DNA of 64,000 nt from Tubiluchus corallicola. Taxonomy: Eukaryota > Animalia > Priapulida. This document shows positions 29,501-41,871 of the stretch, one piece after another. The stretch lies in the NCBI GenBank assembly GCA_030141605.1, contig JAQGDQ010000201.1, positions 124,001-188,000 on the forward strand. Direction: 5' to 3'. Positions within the stretch are counted from its first letter, which is position 1. Each line of letters begins with the position of its first letter. Under the pieces are notes generated by a model. It was given only the letters and a program-made list of their open reading frames with translations. It did no database searches and was not told the origin of the DNA. Position numbers and translations under genes: made by a program.

Positions 29501-32500
29501 AACTGTTAGAAACATGGCTTTAGCAGTTAATAAGAAGCTATTAAGCAAAAATTTCTGGAAGAAAATCCACTTTAATATTAAAGGATTTTTTCAACTTTGA
29601 GGCCAGATAACTTTAAAGCCGCTTGTGAAAAAAGTTCTCTGTAACTGTTAAGATCTAAAAATCTTCTAAAAGATCATTATCATAGATATTGCATATTTTA
29701 AATAATATCTTGCATATTTGCTGCATAGCATCAGTGCACTGTTTTATATAATTTATCTACCTAGTTTTGCAGACTGTAACATTTATCCCAAGTTCTAAAG
29801 TGTATTTCAGACCGGTTATTTCTCTTTAGTCTCATACGAGTCTAAAAGACAAGATATGATGTAGATATGATGTACATTTTAAAATGTAACAGTGAAGTGT
29901 TATTTTGCTTTTGCACCAAAAACTAAAATTGTTTTCAAGAATTTCTCTTGCGATGGTTATACGAAGATTCAATGAATTTGTGTAATTTGTGTGTGTAATA
30001 TGTGAATGCATTAACATAGTTTAGGTGTGAAAACTCTTGTTATAATTACACTTGTTGTTTGTTTTTTAGTTTGACGGTGAAGCTGGAGAGAAGTTTAAGA
30101 AAGCCAGTGCTCAGTTTTGCTGCAATCAGTCGATTGCTCTTGATCAGCTGAAACTGAAACAGAAGACCGACAAGAAAGTTACTCAGTTTCTAGCTGTATG
30201 TGTTTGCTTGTTTAGTTTTATAAATCCATGCATTGTTTGTACGCATGTTTGAATTGAATCCAGAATGAACTAAAGCTGCTAAATTCGCTGGAATGGCGGA
30301 CACAAGTTAAAAAGCTTTGTTTGAAAAAATAAAAAACTTTTTGGTTACTGAAAACATGTCTGAATTCATCAGATTTATTTGAAAAAGGGACTAAGTTACC
30401 AAATTAGGTTGAAAGGGTATTGAAGTCATCAAGTTTAGTTGTTTATTGTTGTTGTTGTTGCTGCTGTTACCAGCATCAGCGACATATAAGTCACTCAAGT
30501 TTTCATTCATCTAATGAGTTATGATTTCAGACTTTAATCTCTAGATCTCCACAGCTAAAAATCTTGACACTTTCTGCTAATGGCTCTAATATTACTCTTT
30601 AGGATGCAGAAAGTGATCAAATGTGTCGGCGATTTCAGCTGAAGGACATTATCCCAACCGAAATGCAGCGGTTAACAAAGTATCCATTATTGTTGGACAA
30701 TATTGCCAAATACACTCCACGTAATTATATTATTTTATCGTTTATACTGTTATTACTGTTAACATTTTGTATCAATGGCAAAAGCGTGTTTCTCTAAATG
30801 CTACCGAACTACCAAGTTTTTACCTTGAATGACTTGATATCCATTTCATTATGTAATACTAATCAAATGTGAATGGTTGAGCAGGCGGTATTTATTCAGA
30901 TACAAATATTTTGGCCCCCATTACAGTGGCCCTCTACAGTATAAGTAATGCAAACTACAATTTAGAACTTCGGAATTTAAAATTAGACTTTAGAATTATG
31001 ATGACAATAGACTACAAAAACACAGGTATAGCAACTTGCACCTAATTGTCTTGTAACAGCTATAATAAAGTGAGCCAGCTACCCCTAACATTATGAGAGT
31101 ATTTAAGGTCCTTCTGGCTGTTTAAAAGGTAACCACTGTATTTTCTTATGTAAACAGCCTCCTTTGGGACAGTTTGCTGAAATATCTTGATGAATCTAGA
31201 ATTACGACATTTTTCTTGCATATTGTATGACCAGCATCCCAAAAGTGTTGCGGGCCAACCCAACACTTTTCTGTTATTGTATTCCTTGCTTTTGAGCAAA
31301 ATCATCCATTGACCAATTTATATCTGTTTAGTATCAAGTTTCCGCTGTACTATTCTTGGATTGTACAACTGTATTTTTTAAATGCGAAAATTTTGAAAAC
31401 AGTTTTATGAATTCTTATGTTTCTAGTAATTTCTGAAATGTCTTAGTACGACAGCATTAGCATTTGAGTTTTGCCTCTCATTTGTCTTACCTCGGCATTT
31501 TCACGCAGAATTATTGTTTCCTTTCACAACAGCAGATATACTTATTTTTGTGAGTTCACATCTAAAATTTTTGCATTCTTGGAGAAAAACAGCAGATAGA
31601 AAAAAGAATATTATGCTGATAGAAAAAGAAGAAAGTGGCATTTAATTGTGCGCTCAGTAAATACAGTTTTTGCATAGTGAGCAAACCTGTCAAATTGAAA
31701 ATATCTTATTAAAAAAATGCAAAAGTAAAGTTTTATTTTGTCTTGCAGAAGCCAGTGTGGAATATAGTCAAATAAGGAAGTGCCAGGAATGTTGTAAAAA
31801 CATTCTCGCACATGTAAATCAAGCTGTAAAAGAAACTGAAAACCGGTGCAGACTAGCTGAGATACAGCGAAAACTAGACATATCAGCGTTAGAACGATTA
31901 CCACAAGCTAAAGAATTTAAGGTATTCACAGTATGCACAGTGAGGTTTTTCTGTATGTGTTGCACACTATTGCTTTTACTTTTAATTTATGCTTTTGCCT
32001 AGTTAGTGAAGAGTGTGTTACGAATGCTTATTTTTCAAATTTTACGCAATGTTATCTAGACTTCTTTTCGAACAACACCATTAAAATGGCTGCGCCTAAT
32101 GGTCATCGTAGGAATTTAAATTTACTTACAAGTTTTATACAGTGTTACTGTAAACGCAAGTCCTGTATTGCATTAAGACATGTATGTAAGTGATATAAAA
32201 TTTCAAGATGAATTTTTTAAATTTTATTTATGGAGAATTTTTCTTGTGCTTTTTTTAAGAATGCTATTAGTAACAGTATAAATTAATATGTTATAGCTGT
32301 AGTTAATTTATGCAATTCTGAACTGGTTACTTGGTGATTAAATTGGAGTTAAAAATACTTTTTGACTGTTACAGTAAATATTGGTCAGTTGTATAATCTT
32401 GTTTCTAAGCTGGACTTTGCAAGTGGAAATTCTCCATTCTACGTTTTCGGCATGTCTTGACAACTAACATAATCGCATTAATGCTGTAGCATTTAAGTTA

Positions 32501-35500
32501 ACTCTTTACCTTTATTTCATCACTTAGCGTTTGGATCTCACACGGCATCAACTCGTTCACAGCGGTGATCTCACCTGGCGTGTTTCTACAAATAAAACAG
32601 TTGATCTTCACGCCATCTTGCTCAATGATCTACTGGTTCTCATGCAGAAGGGTGACGATAAGTACATATTGAAGTATCGGAGCATAAGCGGCATCCCTGG
32701 AAAGGAAGATGCCAAACTGACTCACAGTCCTGTCATCAAATTACGAGATTTTATGTTCACAAAAAATTTAGCAACTGGTGAGTCTACAACCTCAAATCAT
32801 TTTTAACATAAATATCCTTTCTGAATCTTCCTACTCAGTAATTTAACATTTGACAGTTTTACATGAATTACGCTAACATGAATTACATGCATTATGCTAT
32901 ACTGTTTGTAATGCAATGAATGATCATTTTTTTCTGATATCATATCAGCACAAATTCACATTTTAAAAGGCAATAATATTATTTTAGAATTTTTTCCACT
33001 AATGCCGGAAAATTAGCATTTGTAAACTTTTGCATTGATATTCGTTTAGTGTAACAACAAAAATTGCTAGACATGCTTTAAAACTGTGGTTCTTATGTCT
33101 AGAGAAATGATTAATCCTAGTTGGCATTACTTTTCCATGAATTTTTAACGAAATCGGTGTCTAACTTTAATGTATTGCTGTTGCTAATCTTTAATCGTTA
33201 TTACATTTTCATTTAGACAAAAAGACCTTTTTGATTTTCACATCAGCCACGGCTGGTCCTCAGTTCTATGAATTAGTCACTCAGACAACGTCAGACCGCA
33301 AAACATGGGTCCAGATCGTCACAGAAACAGCTGAAGAGTGCAAATCTGCTCGCAAACACGTGCCTTCTCATCAGATCTCGGTGCCACCACCCGATGAAGA
33401 AGAAAAACAAGAGATGGACAAAGAGGAGGATGATGTGAAACTTGAAATGTGAGGATGCATATTTTAATAATCGTTTATGTTGCCAGATTTTATTGTGTAT
33501 TAATACAAAACATTAGCTTTGTTGAATTTTTTTTGAAGTCCATTTGCATCTTTACAAAAAAGTTTGTTTTTAGTGAGGAAACATCAGAAGAACAACAACC
33601 AGAGAAAGAAGAGGAGAGACAAGGAGAGGCAGCAGCAGCAGCAGCAACCCTGTTAGTACCATTTTCTGTGACGCTCATTTACTTTCATGCTAAGATTTTT
33701 TCGTGGTGTTTGAACTACTAACGAATTTGGATTACATTTTTACTAATGATACAAATGCAATATCAAGTACTGCTATTCTTTAAAGTGAGAAACAGAATTT
33801 AACACTTTTCCAGAGATGATCATCATCGAAATGAACCTCAACGACGAGAACCGGAGATTGGTGTTAAAGCTAAGACTGTAGAACTCTTTGAGGTTATGGA
33901 GCATCCACAGTTAGTTAGTCCTACTGAAGTCTCTGTGCTGTGCACATCTGTGGATAAAGCAGAGCATATTATTACGCCATTCGGTAAAATTTATTCATTA
34001 TTATGTTCTTCAAGTCATAACGTCTAATAAGATTATTGTTTAATTAATCTGTGTTGTTGTAAATTCAGCTTTGTATAAACAATATTGGTAGGCAAAGCCA
34101 TCAATAACCGTCAAAGCCATAAATTGCCAATTATATATTTTAATTTTTTTATTATACAGGATTTATTTAAGTTAGCAAAATTAAAAATATTATAAAAACC
34201 ACTACCACACCATAATTACTAAAGTGAAATAAAGAAGTGTAAGTTTACTTTTGAAAGTATTATCTTACAATGACACTGTGACTTGACAGTACAATTGTTT
34301 TTGTAGCAAAGCTGCTCCAGAAAGATTTCCAGATTAGACAAGCGCTGGAAGACAAGAATAAAATTCTTGGTGAACTTCTTGATATTCCAGAAGACAAGTT
34401 TGAGGTTATTGCAGAGGTAAGGTACACTTGGTAGTGAGCACAACCGTTATAACTGCAAATGCTTACTAGAAATTGCAAAGTATATTTATTGCTTAAAACA
34501 ATGGAAATTGGATGTTGTTAATTAAAAGTACTTTGAGTTAGAGCAATTTGTCAGTGTGCACTAGATAAAAACAGTATTGACGTCAAACATATTGGTCTAT
34601 CGCTCCGCCCCCGCTGTAATGCAAGCATGCTTAGCAGCATTTTGGACAACAGCTCACGCAGGACAACAACTGTCTAAGCTAAACTGAACTAAACTTGCCC
34701 GAGTTATATAAGTCCCAACGGCATCTTTTAACCATGATTATAACCAGAAAAATAGCATAGAATTAACTAATATTACATTGATGTATAATATAAGTTTTGA
34801 CCAGATTTGAGTTAATTTTGACTGTGAAGATCTCATTCAGGTTTATAAAAACTGGCCAGGAAAGAAAACATTTTGTTTTGTCCTTATTTAAAGTTAATCA
34901 AATAGTTGTTTTTATCTAACTTGCAATTCCATAAACTAAATTAAACTGCGTATTTTCTTGATTGCAAAATGGTTTAATCAGCAACTCATAGAAGTAAGCT
35001 TTGTGCATTTCTTCCTATAGACGAAACTAGACTATATATTACCACTAATTCACTTGCAATTTCAATTGACAATAATAAATTCTAGAATAAGGCCAATATT
35101 TCTCCCGCTAACTAATGAAAGTTCAGCATTTTCGTAGCAGCATTAGACGTAGCTGTAGCTAAGTGTCCCGAACGTACCTACTGCAGGATGTGTGAAATGA
35201 CTTGCACGCTGTTTGAGCAGTCAACGAAAATGATTAACATTATGTTAGACGTCAATTACTGATCAAATTGAGTGGCACACCTGTAAATAAACTTGTGATC
35301 GAAGGTTGTATATTTGTGACCCTGCTGGGACATTTGTAGAAGTTAAAGTAAAAGCTACCTAGGTTTTGTCATGAAATGTAGTTATTTCCAAAACCTTGTT
35401 TGTGTCAACATTTGTTTATTAATGTAACTTTTTTAAAAGCTCTATTTTCAGCTTTTAGCTAATTCTAGTTTCTTAATGCGTTTTTGTTCTTAAAATGTTG

Positions 35501-38500
35501 TTGGTTCTCTAAAAATGAGTAATTATTATAATGTTTAATCAGATGGCTGGTCAAGTTGACGAAGAACAAAAAGATGCCAAAGAACTTGTATTGGCTGCTA
35601 TTGTTCAAGGTTTGTATATTGTGAAGCATTTTAAAGTGAAGTCCAGAGTTTCTGTTTGCATTATATTTTTTTGATTATTAATCTTTATTCTTGCATGCTG
35701 TATAATTATAGTTACAGATAACTGTGCCGTTGTAGTAATACTTAATTATAGTGTGTGCATTACTTAGGCTTTCTACAGGATTTTAAATTTGAATTTTAAA
35801 TTAGATAAACTGAAACAGATTATCCTTTACTTACTTCTTTTACATGGAGAAATGTTTACCAAATTAATTTATTAGTATAACATATTTATACTATAAAATA
35901 ACTGTTGCTGCAAATTCTCGCTTAATGCTGTTAATGCATTCCAGCAAAACATAGCGTTAAGCGAAACATCGTTAGGCGAAGCTAAGACTTCTGCAGAAAA
36001 TAATGCCAAAGAAATGTTCCTGAAGCAAAAATCAATACTGGTTCATTCATATAAGTTAAACATTTTATGAGTTTATTCATATTTCTACTGATTAATTTCT
36101 TTCTGCTTGCTTAAAACCACCTATCTTTCTTACCCGTACCTAGTTAGTTGCTTCTCTTAGTGGTTAAACACTGCATAGTAAAAGTCAAACCCTGGGATGA
36201 CCTGTGGACAATGTCATCTACATGTTGCTTTATGCTATTCTTGCATAAAGTTTGCACCCAGGTGCCTGGAGATACACATATCGCTTGATAAATTGACTAG
36301 CAAGCAAATGACTACTTTAGAAGTCAGCTAGTGTATTTTTAGAACAGAATAATGCAACATGTACTGTTTTCGCGCTTCAAATTAGGTAAAAAAAGTGCCG
36401 ATAAAATAAAAATGGCTTTGAGCAAAGTGAAAAAATCATCGTCAAAATGAAATATGCCTCATTAAGTAAGAAAAGGTGTCAAATGTTCAGCGTTATCAAA
36501 ATGAAATGCCCGCTAAATGGGAGTCATTAAGCGAGGACTTACTGCAGTTTTATATTTCAACAGTTAATTGTTTGATTTGCTGGTCAAAACTGTAATTATA
36601 TTATTTAATAATACTTCACATTAAAAATTATACCATGTCAATTAAGTAAAGATCGTTTTAACTTTTGAAAGTTCTTAATTACTGTGTATGGTGCTTACTA
36701 GTATTATCATTATGTTGTGGTAGCTCCTAGCAATGTAAATGAGATATTTGTGTAAGTGGTGGCAGCTTTATTTTCAGTAATGTGATTTCAGGCCTTTTTA
36801 TTTCAGTAATGTGATTTGAGGAGTTTATGATTAATCTTGGCTGTGAGGCTGCTTTATTTACTAATAATAATAATGCTGTAGCTTTTATTTGGTGGTGGTG
36901 TCTAACGTTTTATCGTGTTTTACAGCCAACCGTCTCTCATCGTTATTAAATGAGTATATGCCTTCGGATGAGCAACAAGGTACGATTGACCTTCAAAAAA
37001 TCCTTTATATTTTTGCCTTTAGGTTGTCATTCTCCTTGTTTAACAACATTGAATAGTGTTAAATTCGCTTAGCTTAACACATAGCTTGTTAATTCATTTT
37101 TTCTTGTTGGACTGTAACAATTGTAGTCTACTGTAACTGTTTCTTAAACAATTTGTCTGCAGACTATCCATTCATTACTTATTTTGTATGTTCATTAGGG
37201 AAGCGCATTCACTACCAGAAAACGAATTCTAATCGATTAGAATTTATGACTTTCAAACTAAATTTCAGCATTTTTGGTTCAAATTCAAGTTCAGTTTTAA
37301 AGATTTTCAAGAAAATTTTCGAATCATTAATAAAAAGGTTTTTTGCAAAGACCACAAGATTACTTAATTTTGTTTTGCTGTAAAAATACTAATAATTTAT
37401 TTAAAGATGGTGCAAATAAATTGCAGGTAAATTTTGCCTTTTGCATGATGTTTCAAACATTTTATTGGTAAAGAATGTATGTAGTTGAAGTGCTGAAGTA
37501 TTCACATTTTATAATTTTACATTCAAATCAAATTTGAACTAGAAAAGCTCATTCGTGATTCAAACATTCGATGCTTCCGCTAATATACATGCAGTTATTT
37601 AAAGATTTTTGTATTGTTTGCTCAGTTTTGTTTTTCTCTTATGATGATTACATTTATGAGGTAATTAATTGTATCAGATCTAGTTATATGTTAGCAAAGT
37701 AATACAGAAGGTCTGGTTGAGAATTGTAAGCTACTTAGCTACTATAACAATATTACCAAATCTTGTAACAGTTTTCTGGCTTTTAGAAGCCTTAGGTTAT
37801 GCAGTGCTCAATCTGTTGTTAAATCCTCTTGAAATGCCATTGTTTGTAAAATCTTTACCATTTCACATCCTTAGCTTATCTGGACAAGATGGAGGACGCA
37901 GCTAAGTCATCACAAGCATCTACTCATGAAAGTGTAGAAGTGGCTCAGGCGATTGTTGCAGCAACGGAAACTGTGCACACAAGTACTTATGGCACTGACC
38001 TTGCTGAAGCTGCTGTTGTAGTACAAGAAGGGGCTACTGCTGCTGAACCACCAGATGAACGCACGGGACAAAAAGATTTGCCTTCAAATATTTCTAATGT
38101 TTTGAAAGTTCCTTGTCAACCTGTTTTGGGAATATCTTCCGCATTAAATTCGTATTTAACTCAATTATTGGTAAGTAAATCTAAAATTTATGAATCCTTG
38201 GAATACTTTTGATGTTGTGGTTAGTCTAGCTTTCTCTGACTTAATTATTAATTCTCAATTCACTTTTTAATCATGATTATAAAATCCACGTACTTTTATT
38301 TATCAATATTTTTGAAATTTTTCGTCTGACCTAATTTTTATTTTTTTTAATTATTTATTGTAAGTTTTAGTGTGCCTCTGAATTTTGTACTGTACTATTG
38401 TTAACATTGTAAAATTTTAAGCACTTTATAAAAAATTATTCATTTGGATGGTAGCTTTGGGTTCTTTAATTTTATAAAGCAGTTTCAAAGTCACTGATCT

Positions 38501-41500
38501 TATGATCAGATTAATTTGTTAACTGAATTATTCAAGTAGCTCCTACTTCCTTAGCAATGTTGCTTGACTCCTTTCATGTACCATCATATTTTCCTTTTCA
38601 TAGAGTGTGATAGTTGAGAAAGAACAGGAAAATGAAGTAATGAAGAGACAGTTTAAGCAGCTAAACACTTTGCTAGCAATGCAAACACCTGCTAACAGTC
38701 GGCCGAACAATTACGTGTCTGCCGTGTCATCAGCGTGTGAACTTGCTGGCGTAGAAAGCTATGAAGAACAAGATAATCAAGAAATCAAAGGTAATTGTCA
38801 ATAAATGATGCTTTGCTTTGCTTTACTTTAAATGAAAGTTTGTCCAAAGTAAGCAAGTAAACGACAATCTCATATCTTTCCGACCGATGTCTTTGCTGTT
38901 ATGTTCAATTTCTACAGATTTCTGCTTGCATTCAATGCCTGTGTTCAAATTTATCACATTCGTACTTGCAAAATGTTGAACTTGTCCATGTTTGCAGTAT
39001 TGTTCCCATCGTTGCTTAATTACTCATTATTGTTTTGATTACTTAATGTAGCTGCTTCTGGAAATGTGGTTATTTGCTTATTCTTGGCAGCAACAGTACA
39101 TGTCACCTAACCGTAATTGTTTACTAAAATTCTGCATTTGTACAAAAATTCTACTGTCTCATGAAATTATTTACACTCGTGTTTTTTAATGTAGTTCCAG
39201 TTGAGGTACCTACAAGCCTAGTTTCTGAGGTAGTGGAAAGTAATAGGGGTAGTGTTGCTGAGGAAGATTTTGAGGATGCATTGGACAGCTTTCCACAAGA
39301 ACCGCAGGCAGTTGCGGCATCCTCACAAAAAGATACTCCAGATTTCCAGTCCGGAGATGCACAAACATGTCCCAATCATATCCCTGACAGCAGCATTTCT
39401 AAGCCAACCCCTGATTTAAGTGAACATCAACCGCCTAGTGAAGGTTTGTCACAATTTTCACATTGTAGCTTTCTTATTTTATTCATTAGCTATGAAAAAT
39501 GTAAATTTCAGATTGCAGTTACTTTTTGTACCACATGAAATACCTAGAATTTTTTCATGTAGATCGACTCAATTTTAGAATTGCTCATTACTGATTATCC
39601 TGCTAAAAATCAAAATTTAAGAATCTTCGTTCAAGCTTTTTTTACTTTGAGATAACTAATTATTAAAAAAATGGTTCTAATTTTTTTCATGCAATCCTCT
39701 CCTATGTACAGTATGACAAAGCTTGCTTAGGAAGGTATGTAAACCCTGTTACATTTGCATGAAGCACAAGCAAACTTTCATGTTCGGTTTTTAAAACTTT
39801 ATCTAAGATCCAGGTTGTGTCGTTGCAGTAAACAATGAAAGAGTGTTGCACATTTCCGCAATCTGTTAAATACGTACACCGTAAATCTAAAATAGGTAAT
39901 TTTCTTACAAAAAACATTGTTTCCTCTTTGGTGATATGTAAACAGTAAATTGTTTTCAGGGTCAACATTTATATATGTTTATATATGTATAATCACAAAA
40001 AACGTGACATTAGTAGTGAAGTTTTGTGGATGTGGTGCTGTTTAAATTGTAGTACATGGTGAATTACCTAAGCTAAAAAACCGAAAATGAAGCCTGTTAG
40101 CAGTTAGAAGAGTGAATCTGATCTGTGGTTTGCCAGAAAAACAAAGTGAATGCTATTACCTACAGTCTTATTGCTCATGAGTTGTGAATGCCAAATAACC
40201 TAATTTTTTTCATTTACTTGCTTCAAGCTATGTGAGCATATATGTGAAGTGTCCATTAGTACCTCATAGAGACAGTTTTAAGATACAGTTTTTGTCAGTG
40301 GTTTATGTTAATAATATGCTTTGCACGACGTCTTAAATAATTCGTACTTGGTCACTGAATTTGTTTATTTGAAAAATGTATAAAACTTCTTAATTTGATC
40401 ATCTTGTAATAATGCCTTCATCCTTTTCTTGGTCTCTATATCCCTACACTTTGCTTTTTTACATTTCTGCTTTGACCTCTTCAGTCTGTTTGCAATTTAG
40501 TTGAATAACATATGATTAGGTTGTCATTTATAATGTGAACTGTTAATTGTGGCGAGGTGTATGTATTAATATAGTTTTACATGAATACAAAACTGTCTTG
40601 ATATCGTGTTTGTCTTTCTAGCTGACACTCAAGCAAACCTGGATTAAGTGAAATCAACAAAAGCAGCTTCTTAAACAGGATTGTGGCAAAATAAGATTTG
40701 TCAATCCTAAAAAAGATTAAAAGTGATTTTCCAACCTTAAAAGCCATACATGGTTTGCCTGAATCACAATTGTAAAATAAATAAATTAATAAATAGAAGA
40801 ATAAATGAAAATGTGTGATAAAATTTAAAAGATATTTTTGGTTTATTAGCTAATAGGTGTTAACATTTTTAAAATTTTCGTTAAATTTACTGAACGTATT
40901 TGTTTATTATTTTAGAATGCGAGCACCAACAGTTTGTTGGAGAGACATCTAGTAGCATTGACGTCTCCCAAAGTGAACTCAAGTCTGCTAATGATATTAA
41001 CATCTTGAAACCTGTTTCTGAGTTGTGTCAAGCTAACGAAGATGTAGATAATTTTACAAAAGACATAAATGATGAAGATGACTCAACTGCGCACTATGTA
41101 GAGCCGAGTGAGTGTACGCCCGAAGGAATGACAGAAAGTTCCGAATCATCAGATGCTGTTTTTGCCGAAACAAAGGACACAGGTGTAAAAGAAAAAATGT
41201 CTTCTGATAGTAGTAATGAAGTGAGTCAATGTCAAGCAGGTGAAAATGTGGAGATGCCAAAAAATCTGGAGTCAAACACAATTGATTCTGATGCTGCCGC
41301 TGAAGAAAATACTGATACATCAAAAGAAACTCTTGAAACAGTTTCAGATGCTGCTGCTTCCACTGTGCACGTAGACAGTGAAAGTGAAAGTCATCCTGCC
41401 TCTGTTATTACAGAAGAGACCTCCTCAGAAAATACTTTGCTAGTGATCAGTGACGTGTCAAGAGAAAGCACTCCTGATACTCCTGATGAAAGTTACGGTT

Positions 41501-41871
41501 CCCTTACACAGAACAAGCGTAAGAAAAAACTTGCACAAACTCGCCGTTTGTTATCAGAACCAGCAGGCAGAACTGACAATAAATCTAGTGTAGACCATAA
41601 TGCAAATTTGGAACATTTGACGCCCACCGTTTCTATAGAAAGAAGTACCAGTTCACCGCTTAGCGAAGCTACTGTTGTAGCTAGTGAAGGCACTTGCGAA
41701 CAACTTTACCCTCATGAATGTCGAGGTGTAGAGTACATCAAACAAGAAAGCGTTGGCATGGATGCAGAATTCACTGTACCCACGCCTGTAAAAGAAGTTC
41801 ATCACAGTTCAAACCCAATACGGAAATTGCGTAGAATGGGTGGCAAGAGCAAGAAAAAGTCAGCAACTTAA
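3672..41871 (+). CDS. ARHGEF12: Multi-exon RH(RGS)-RhoGEF, RhoGEF2/ARHGEF11/ARHGEF12 (PDZ-RhoGEF/LARG)-like; 5'-partial
   Basis: Manually spliced, phase-consistent GT-AG exons: 3672-3826, 6105-6185, 8409-8549, 9818-9982, 10674-10829, 11453-11542, 13122-13229, 14031-14129, 15236-15404, 16345-16450, 17444-17473, 17861-18002, 18481-18592, 21301-21441, 25223-25366, 26484-26574, 27343-27531, 27952-28178, 28373-28519, 28836-28915, 30070-30195, 30603-30720, 31749-31921, 32528-32777, 33217-33448, 33574-33651, 33814-33983, 34307-34416, 35543-35609, 36926-36979, 37875-38170, 38604-38790, 39195-39443, 40916-41871(TAA). Domain order PDZ-RH-C1-DH-PH is that of invertebrate RhoGEF2. The symbol names the family; ARHGEF11 and ARHGEF12 cannot be told apart here. 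Confidence 0.93.
6522..6593 (+). pseudogene. tRNA-like cloverleaf (tRNA pseudogene or SINE head), 72 nt, intronic
   Basis: Acceptor GAGTCAG/TTGACTC, D arm GTTC-AAGTGGTA-GAGC, anticodon arm TGTGC-CATGAAA-GCACA, T arm CTTGG-TTCAACT-CCTAG. U33 is absent and the T stem has a mismatch. Confidence 0.6.
7092..7166. repeat. Tandem repeat, 3 x 25 bp
   Basis: agaacattaataagagctttaatgt x3 with single substitutions. Confidence 0.9.
10043..10200 (+). mobile_element. tRNA-derived SINE fragment, possibly MetaSINE-like
   Basis: A-box-like tcagtggt and B box GGTTCAACTCCC (10099-10110), followed by gtcgtacaaaaaacttaaaaaaggtgccagtgg, which resembles the recalled Meta-domain consensus gtcataccaaagactttaaaaatggtacc. 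Confidence 0.5.
13122..18002 (+). CDS. ARHGEF12: RhoGEF RH (RGS-like) domain exons, including a 30-nt microexon at 17444-17473
   Basis: HGPFTSLLILRNRPAHVAVFLNYLISNSDPNQL/LFYQVTEAY..KRWAYEIHSTFLVPTAP..EYRNKRALGLGSLYG are characteristic RH-RhoGEF motifs; splice phases are consistent. Confidence 0.92.
18481..21441 (+). CDS. ARHGEF12: RhoGEF C1 (DAG/phorbol-type zinc finger) domain, two exons (18481-18592, 21301-21441)
   Basis: HQF..FTLCQVCSCVLWGVGFQGWKCDH|CDFNVHKNCLDNIKEDC has the His/Cys ligand spacing of a C1 domain. Confidence 0.92.
20150..20440. repeat. Degenerate (TTCA)n microsatellite
   Basis: Repeated attc/ttcatt units. Confidence 0.7.
23450..24580. mobile_element. hAT-like non-autonomous element with 8-bp TSD ACCTAGAT
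   Basis: acctagat|CAGGGATGTTA...TAACATCTCTG|acctagat, with subterminal ttcggtt/ttcagtt repeats. Confidence 0.85.
23928..24280. mobile_element. pogo/Tigger-like MITE nested in the hAT element
   Basis: ta|CACTCATATCTCGGTTTGCCGGA...TCCGGCAAACTGAGATACAAGAG|ta; ~23-bp TIRs with TA TSD. Confidence 0.75.
27952..31921 (+). CDS. ARHGEF12: RhoGEF DH (Dbl homology) domain exons
   Basis: EVKRQDVLNELFHTERTHVRNLKVL..LFSNLEEMLDLH..CRRFQLKDIIPTEMQRLTKYPLLLDNI..ILAHVNQAVKETENRCRL are canonical Lbc-family DH motifs. Confidence 0.95.
32528..33448 (+). CDS. ARHGEF12: RhoGEF PH domain exons
   Basis: LDLTRHQLVHSGDLTWR..LLNDLLVLMQKGDDKYILK..HSPVIKL..ATDKKTFLIF..GPQFYELVTQTTSDRKTW matches the LARG/PDZ-RhoGEF-type PH domain. 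Confidence 0.94.
35908..36544. mobile_element. Degenerate pogo/Tigger-like MITE
   Basis: ctgcaaattctcgcttaatg... pairs with ...cattaagcgaggacttactg; internal cgttaagcg repeats; TSD not clean. Confidence 0.55.
40622..40647 (+). CDS. Candidate alternative short terminal exon of the RhoGEF (ADTQANLD*)
   Basis: Pyrimidine-rich acceptor tttgtctttctag at 40621, phase 1 compatible with the donor at 39443; stop at 40645-40647; AATAAA cluster at about 40776-40793. Confidence 0.55.
40916..41871 (+). CDS. ARHGEF12: Long terminal exon of the RhoGEF (acidic, Ser/Thr-rich, basic C-terminus)
   Basis: Acceptor ttattattttag at 40915, phase 1; open frame of ~318 codons (ORF 40900-41871) ending RKLRRMGGKSKKKSAT*. 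Confidence 0.85.
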
